Shown here: positions 35,301 through 38,551 of the stretch, piece by piece
Layout of the letters: each line of letters starts with the position of its first letter
Numbering within the stretch: the first letter of the stretch is position 1
Origin: an uncultured Peptococcaceae bacterium
GTDB taxonomy: Bacteria > Bacillota > Desulfotomaculia > Desulfotomaculales > Desulfallaceae
Length of the DNA: 38,551 nt
Direction of reading: 5' to 3'
Assembly: GCA_913064925.1 (NCBI GenBank)
Contig: CAJYBN010000001.1
Coordinates: forward strand, 1-38,551
Notes under the pieces: model-generated
The model's database searches: none
Told to the model about the DNA's origin: nothing
Seen by the model: only the letters and a program-made list of their open reading frames with translations
Translations under genes and position numbers: made by a program

Positions 35301-36197
35301 TTACTGGAATTTGTCCTTCACGCTGTTTAGTTCCTCGATGGAATTGATGGTGACGTAGGTGGGCACCACCAGACCGATCTTGGCACCCTCCAGGTTGGGG
35401 CCAAGGTTTTCCACCTTATCCTTAACCTTGGCGTAGTAGTCGGCGTGCGTGCCGGGCAGCCAGGCCGATACGATGCCGTCAAATTCCCCTTTGCCGATGC
35501 CGGTCCACATCACACCGGCGTCCACGGCTACAGCTTCCACTTCGTAACCCATGTTCTCCAGGACATTCTTAACCACATGGGTGCTGGCGATCTCGGAATC
35601 CCATTCCACGTAACCCAGGATCACCTTGCCGCTGTTGCCGGTTTCTTTACCGCCGGGAATCCATTCGTTGACCTTGTCCTGGTTCTCCTGGATCCACTTT
35701 TGGGCCGCGTCGTCGGGGGTCATGCCGCCTTCAATGTCCAGCATGACCGCCTCCATGTCAGCGGGGGTCCAGTAAAAGTTATCCAGAACCTGGTAAACAA
35801 CGGGTTTTTCATCCTTCAAGCCCGGGCGCACGATGGTGGCGATATGCTCCTCACCGCCGTATATCCCCTTGGGATCTTCCAGGTACTTGAGATCCCACTT
35901 GGCGAACTTCCAGTGCGGCGTCCAGCCGGTTACGACGATCCACTCGTTGGCGTCAATGGCCTTTTTCAGCGACGCGGCCATGGCGGCGCTGCTGCTGTCT
36001 TGCAGAATGAAATCCAAGTTATACTCCTTTATGGCTTTCTCCGTCGCCTTCATAATCCCCGCACCGGGCTCAATGCCGACGATTTTACCTTTGACGCCGC
36101 CGCCTTCATCGCCGCCACTTCCGGCGCAGCCGAACAGCAAGGCGGAAAGCATGGCCAGCGTAATTACAAGGGTGATCAATTTCCATGCTTTTTTCAA
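35301..36197 (-). CDS. opuAC: Glycine betaine/proline betaine ABC transporter substrate-binding lipoprotein
   Basis: Lipobox LLFGCAG. OpuAC-family aromatic-box context (GWTPHWKF, WLPG). Confidence 0.85.
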   Translation of the reverse strand: MKKAWKLITLVITLAMLSALLFGCAGSGGDEGGGVKGKIVGIEPGAGIMKATEKAIKEYNLDFILQDSSSAAMAASLKKAIDANEWIVVTGWTPHWKFAKWDLKYLEDPKGIYGGEEHIATIVRPGLKDEKPVVYQVLDNFYWTPADMEAVMLDIEGGMTPDDAAQKWIQENQDKVNEWIPGGKETGNSGKVILGYVEWDSEIASTHVVKNVLENMGYEVEAVAVDAGVMWTGIGKGEFDGIVSAWLPGTHADYYAKVKDKVENLGPNLEGAKIGLVVPTYVTINSIEELNSVKDKFQ

Positions 36198-36246
36198 TTT
36201 TCTCTCCTCCTCCTCACTTGATTTTTAATTAGATTTATTTTATTTG

Positions 36247-36275
36247 AAAAAAGGGAAGCTTTATTTCCCTTTTTT
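36247..36275 (-). other. Intra-operon hairpin overlapping the opuAB stop codon
   Basis: Arms AAGGGAA (36251-36257) / TTCCCTT (36265-36271) flanked by A and T runs. The opuAB stop (36261-36263) lies in the loop. Confidence 0.4.
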
Positions 36276-37088
36276 GCTCAGGTTCTGGGTGATCCGGTCC
36301 AGGATGATGGCAATGACCACAATGGCCAGGCCGCCTTCAAAACCGGTGGGCACGTCCAGGCGTTGGATACCCCTGAGCACTTCCTTGCCCAGCCCCCCGG
36401 CGCCGATCATGGCTACGATGACCACCATGGACAGGGAGAGCATGATACACTGGTTGACGCCTGCCATGATGGTGGGCATGGCCACCGGGAGCTGAACCTT
36501 GACCAGTTTTTGCATCTGCGTAGAACCAAATGCTTCGGCGGCTTCCACCAGCTCGACGGGCACCTGGCGAATACCCAGTCCCGTGAGCCGGATGGCCGGC
36601 GGCATAGCGAACACCACCGTGGCTATCAAGCCGGGTACGGTGCCGATGCCGAAGAAAAACACGGCCGGTATCAAGTAAACGAAGGGCGGCATGGTCTGCA
36701 TGAAATCAAGCACGGGCATGATTGCTTTGTGCGCGGTGTCGCTGCGGGCCGTCCATATACCCAGGGGAACGCCGAACACCAGGGCCACGATGGTCGCGGA
36801 AATGACCATGGCCAGCGTCTCCATGGACGGTTCCCAGATGTTGAGGTCGTAAATCAGCAGCAAGCCAAAAGCCGTGCCGATGGCCGTCTTTCGGTTGGTC
36901 AGGAACCATACTAGCAGAAGAAAAATGAAGATTATCACCAACGGGTGCGGGAGCAGCAGCAGGTAAGTTATGCTGCTGACCATGAAGTTGATGACTACAA
37001 CTATGACGTTAAAGAGCGGGATAAGATTATTGGTGGCCCAAATGACCAGCAGGTCCACCCAGTGCCCGATAGGAATTTTAGGTAACAA
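36261..37088 (-). CDS. opuAB: Glycine betaine ABC transporter permease
   Basis: Multi-TM permease with the loop EAAEAFGSTQMQKLVKVQLPVAMPTIMAG. Overlaps the opuAA stop by 11 nt. Confidence 0.9.
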   Translation of the reverse strand: MLPKIPIGHWVDLLVIWATNNLIPLFNVIVVVINFMVSSITYLLLLPHPLVIIFIFLLLVWFLTNRKTAIGTAFGLLLIYDLNIWEPSMETLAMVISATIVALVFGVPLGIWTARSDTAHKAIMPVLDFMQTMPPFVYLIPAVFFFGIGTVPGLIATVVFAMPPAIRLTGLGIRQVPVELVEAAEAFGSTQMQKLVKVQLPVAMPTIMAGVNQCIMLSLSMVVIVAMIGAGGLGKEVLRGIQRLDVPTGFEGGLAIVVIAIILDRITQNLSKKGK

Positions 37089-38280
37089 AGTCGTCGTTAT
37101 CCCCCTTTCGCACCATACCGGCCAGCACCGAACCCCTGACGATGATGCCCAGCAGCACGTTTTGGTCGTTTACTACGGCGATGGGGTACTTGGTTTCCGC
37201 CACCAGCGGAATCAAATCTGCCACCGGGGTGTCTGGGGATACACGGGGGGTGTCCCTGATGATGATATCATCCAGGCTCTCCTTTTGTTCCTCCACCGCC
37301 CGTAGCGCGTCTTCCGCCATGACCAGCCCGGCCAGGCGCCTGTCACGGGAAACGACAAAAATACTGGATATGCCGTTTTCCCGCATGCGCCGCATGGCTT
37401 GGCGCGGCCCGTCTTTTGGAGTGATCACGGCATCGGGTTTTTTCATCACCCCTTCGGCGGTAAGCACCTTGGACATATCCACGTCTTCAACGAACTTTTC
37501 CACGTATTCGTTGGCCGGCTTGATAAGGATTTGTTCGGGAGTGCCTATCTGGATGATGGCTCCGTCTTTCATTAAGGCGATGCGGTCGCCTATTTTCAAA
37601 GCTTCGTCCAGGTCGTGCGTTACAAAGATGATAGTTTTATTGAGGGAAGCCTGCAGGGAAAGCAGCTCGTCCTGCATTCCTTTCCTGATCAACGGGTCCA
37701 GTGCGCTGAAAGCTTCGTCCATCAGCAATATGTCGGGGTCGCTGGCCAGCGCCCGGGCCAGACCCACCCTTTGCTGCATGCCGCCGCTGAGCTGGGCGGG
37801 CATGCTGTCCTCCCATTCTTTCAGTCCCACCACTTCCAGGACCCGGCGGGCTTTTTCGTATCTTTCCTCCCGCTCCAGCCCCTGGACTTCCAGCCCGAAG
37901 GCCACGTTATCCAGTACCGTGCGGTGCGGGAACAGGGCGAAGCGCTGGAAAACCATGCCCAGCTTCCTGCGCCTGACTTCCCGCAGCTTTTTTTCTTCCA
38001 TGCCCGTAATTTTCTCGCCGTCGATGATCACTTTGCCGCTGGTGGGTTCGATGAGCCGGTTGATGCAGCGCAACAAAGTAGACTTGCCGCTTCCGGACAG
38101 GCCCATCAGCACAAAGATTTCCCCGGCGTTGACATGAAAGGAAACGTTGAACACGCCGACGGTGTTCTTGGTTTTTTGCAGGATTTCTTCTTTGCTTTTA
38201 CCCTCCTGCAGCATTTTCATGGCTCGTTCGGGGTGGTCACCGAATATTTTGATCAAGTTTTCGACAATTACCTTAGCCAT
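37078..38280 (-). CDS. opuAA: Glycine betaine/proline ABC transporter ATP-binding protein with C-terminal tandem CBS domains
   Basis: Walker A GLSGSGKST, signature LSGGMQQRVGLARAL, Walker B ILLMDEAFSALDP. CBS pair at the C-terminus. Confidence 0.9.
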   Translation of the reverse strand: MAKVIVENLIKIFGDHPERAMKMLQEGKSKEEILQKTKNTVGVFNVSFHVNAGEIFVLMGLSGSGKSTLLRCINRLIEPTSGKVIIDGEKITGMEEKKLREVRRRKLGMVFQRFALFPHRTVLDNVAFGLEVQGLEREERYEKARRVLEVVGLKEWEDSMPAQLSGGMQQRVGLARALASDPDILLMDEAFSALDPLIRKGMQDELLSLQASLNKTIIFVTHDLDEALKIGDRIALMKDGAIIQIGTPEQILIKPANEYVEKFVEDVDMSKVLTAEGVMKKPDAVITPKDGPRQAMRRMRENGISSIFVVSRDRRLAGLVMAEDALRAVEEQKESLDDIIIRDTPRVSPDTPVADLIPLVAETKYPIAVVNDQNVLLGIIVRGSVLAGMVRKGDNDDFVT

Positions 38281-38551
38281 TTGTTTCCGCCTTCCGTTTT
38301 TTATGCCGAGATAGGTTCCTATAAAACATACCCGTTATTTATTATGCCGGGGCAGTCCCTTAAGGCATACCTAACTGTTTATTGTTATTATGCATATTGG
38401 AATGGATAGGCTTGGTAGGCATACTCATTGTACAAACTAAAATGCCAGCATTTTTAATTATAAGCAAAGTTGCTGGCTACTTTATTGTAGCAAATGATAA
38501 ATCAATTGTCTAGCATAGATAATAAGCTTCAAAATGCGTTAATATTGACAG

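Noticed and set aside
35445-38409. Plus-strand ORFs 35445-36221, 36363-36914, 37142-38137 and 37615-38409, opposite the opuA operon
   Set aside because: These are shadow ORFs of the well-supported minus-strand opuAC/AB/AA genes. No motifs or initiation signals are present.
1-38551. Looked for CRISPR arrays, rRNA/tRNA genes, reverse transcriptases, integrases, toxin-antitoxin pairs and long tandem or inverted repeats
   Set aside because: I could not find regularly spaced direct repeats, tRNA cloverleaves, or RT/integrase motifs by eye. The only mobile-element signatures are the IS200/IS605 remnants at 31.2-33.2 kb. A computational scan (CRISPR finder, tRNAscan, Infernal) would be needed to exclude small features.

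Overview
38.5-kb window from a moderately GC-rich Gram-positive anaerobe. The gene order is the conserved Firmicutes coaBC / priA-def-fmt-rsmB-rlmN-...-prkC-rsgA-rpe cluster. The proteins look Peptococcaceae/Desulfotomaculum-like, but that is inference only. There are four blocks. (1) 0.7-12.2 kb lies between coaBC and priA, which are adjacent in Bacillus. It carries a Zn-ribbon/wHTH gene, marR and cysK, then a complete Pho regulon island: phoPR, pstS, a Na/Pi-cotransporter-PhoU fusion, and phoU-pstBAC on the opposite strand. (2) 12.3-27.3 kb is a core translation and cell-envelope cluster. An actinobacterial-style FHA-FHA-PP2C-SEDS-PBP-PASTA kinase module is embedded in it, with many 4-nt start/stop overlaps. 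(3) 27.4-35.3 kb is an accessory, partly decayed region. It starts with an orphan cheW, an MRB1590-like ABC_ATPase-family protein, a CBS/ACT protein and a GntR-TrkA_C regulator, closed by a strong terminator. Next comes a decapitated IS200/IS605 element in which tnpA is reduced to its C-terminal third, while a 526-aa TnpB/Cas12-like RuvC nuclease is intact and has a structured 3' tail. It abuts a 5'-truncated acetyl-CoA synthetase. A ~40-codon ABC ATPase remnant and an orphan 2-TM protein follow. (4) 35.3-38.3 kb is an opuA-type glycine betaine ABC operon on the minus strand. I saw no rRNA, tRNA or CRISPR array. The best novelty candidates are the stranded long TnpB-like nuclease with its putative omega-RNA/right end, a promoter-to-terminator structured non-coding unit between pstS and the Na/Pi transporter, and the cheW-ABC_ATPase-CBS/ACT-GntR module. 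All functional calls come from motif recognition by eye; no database search was possible.
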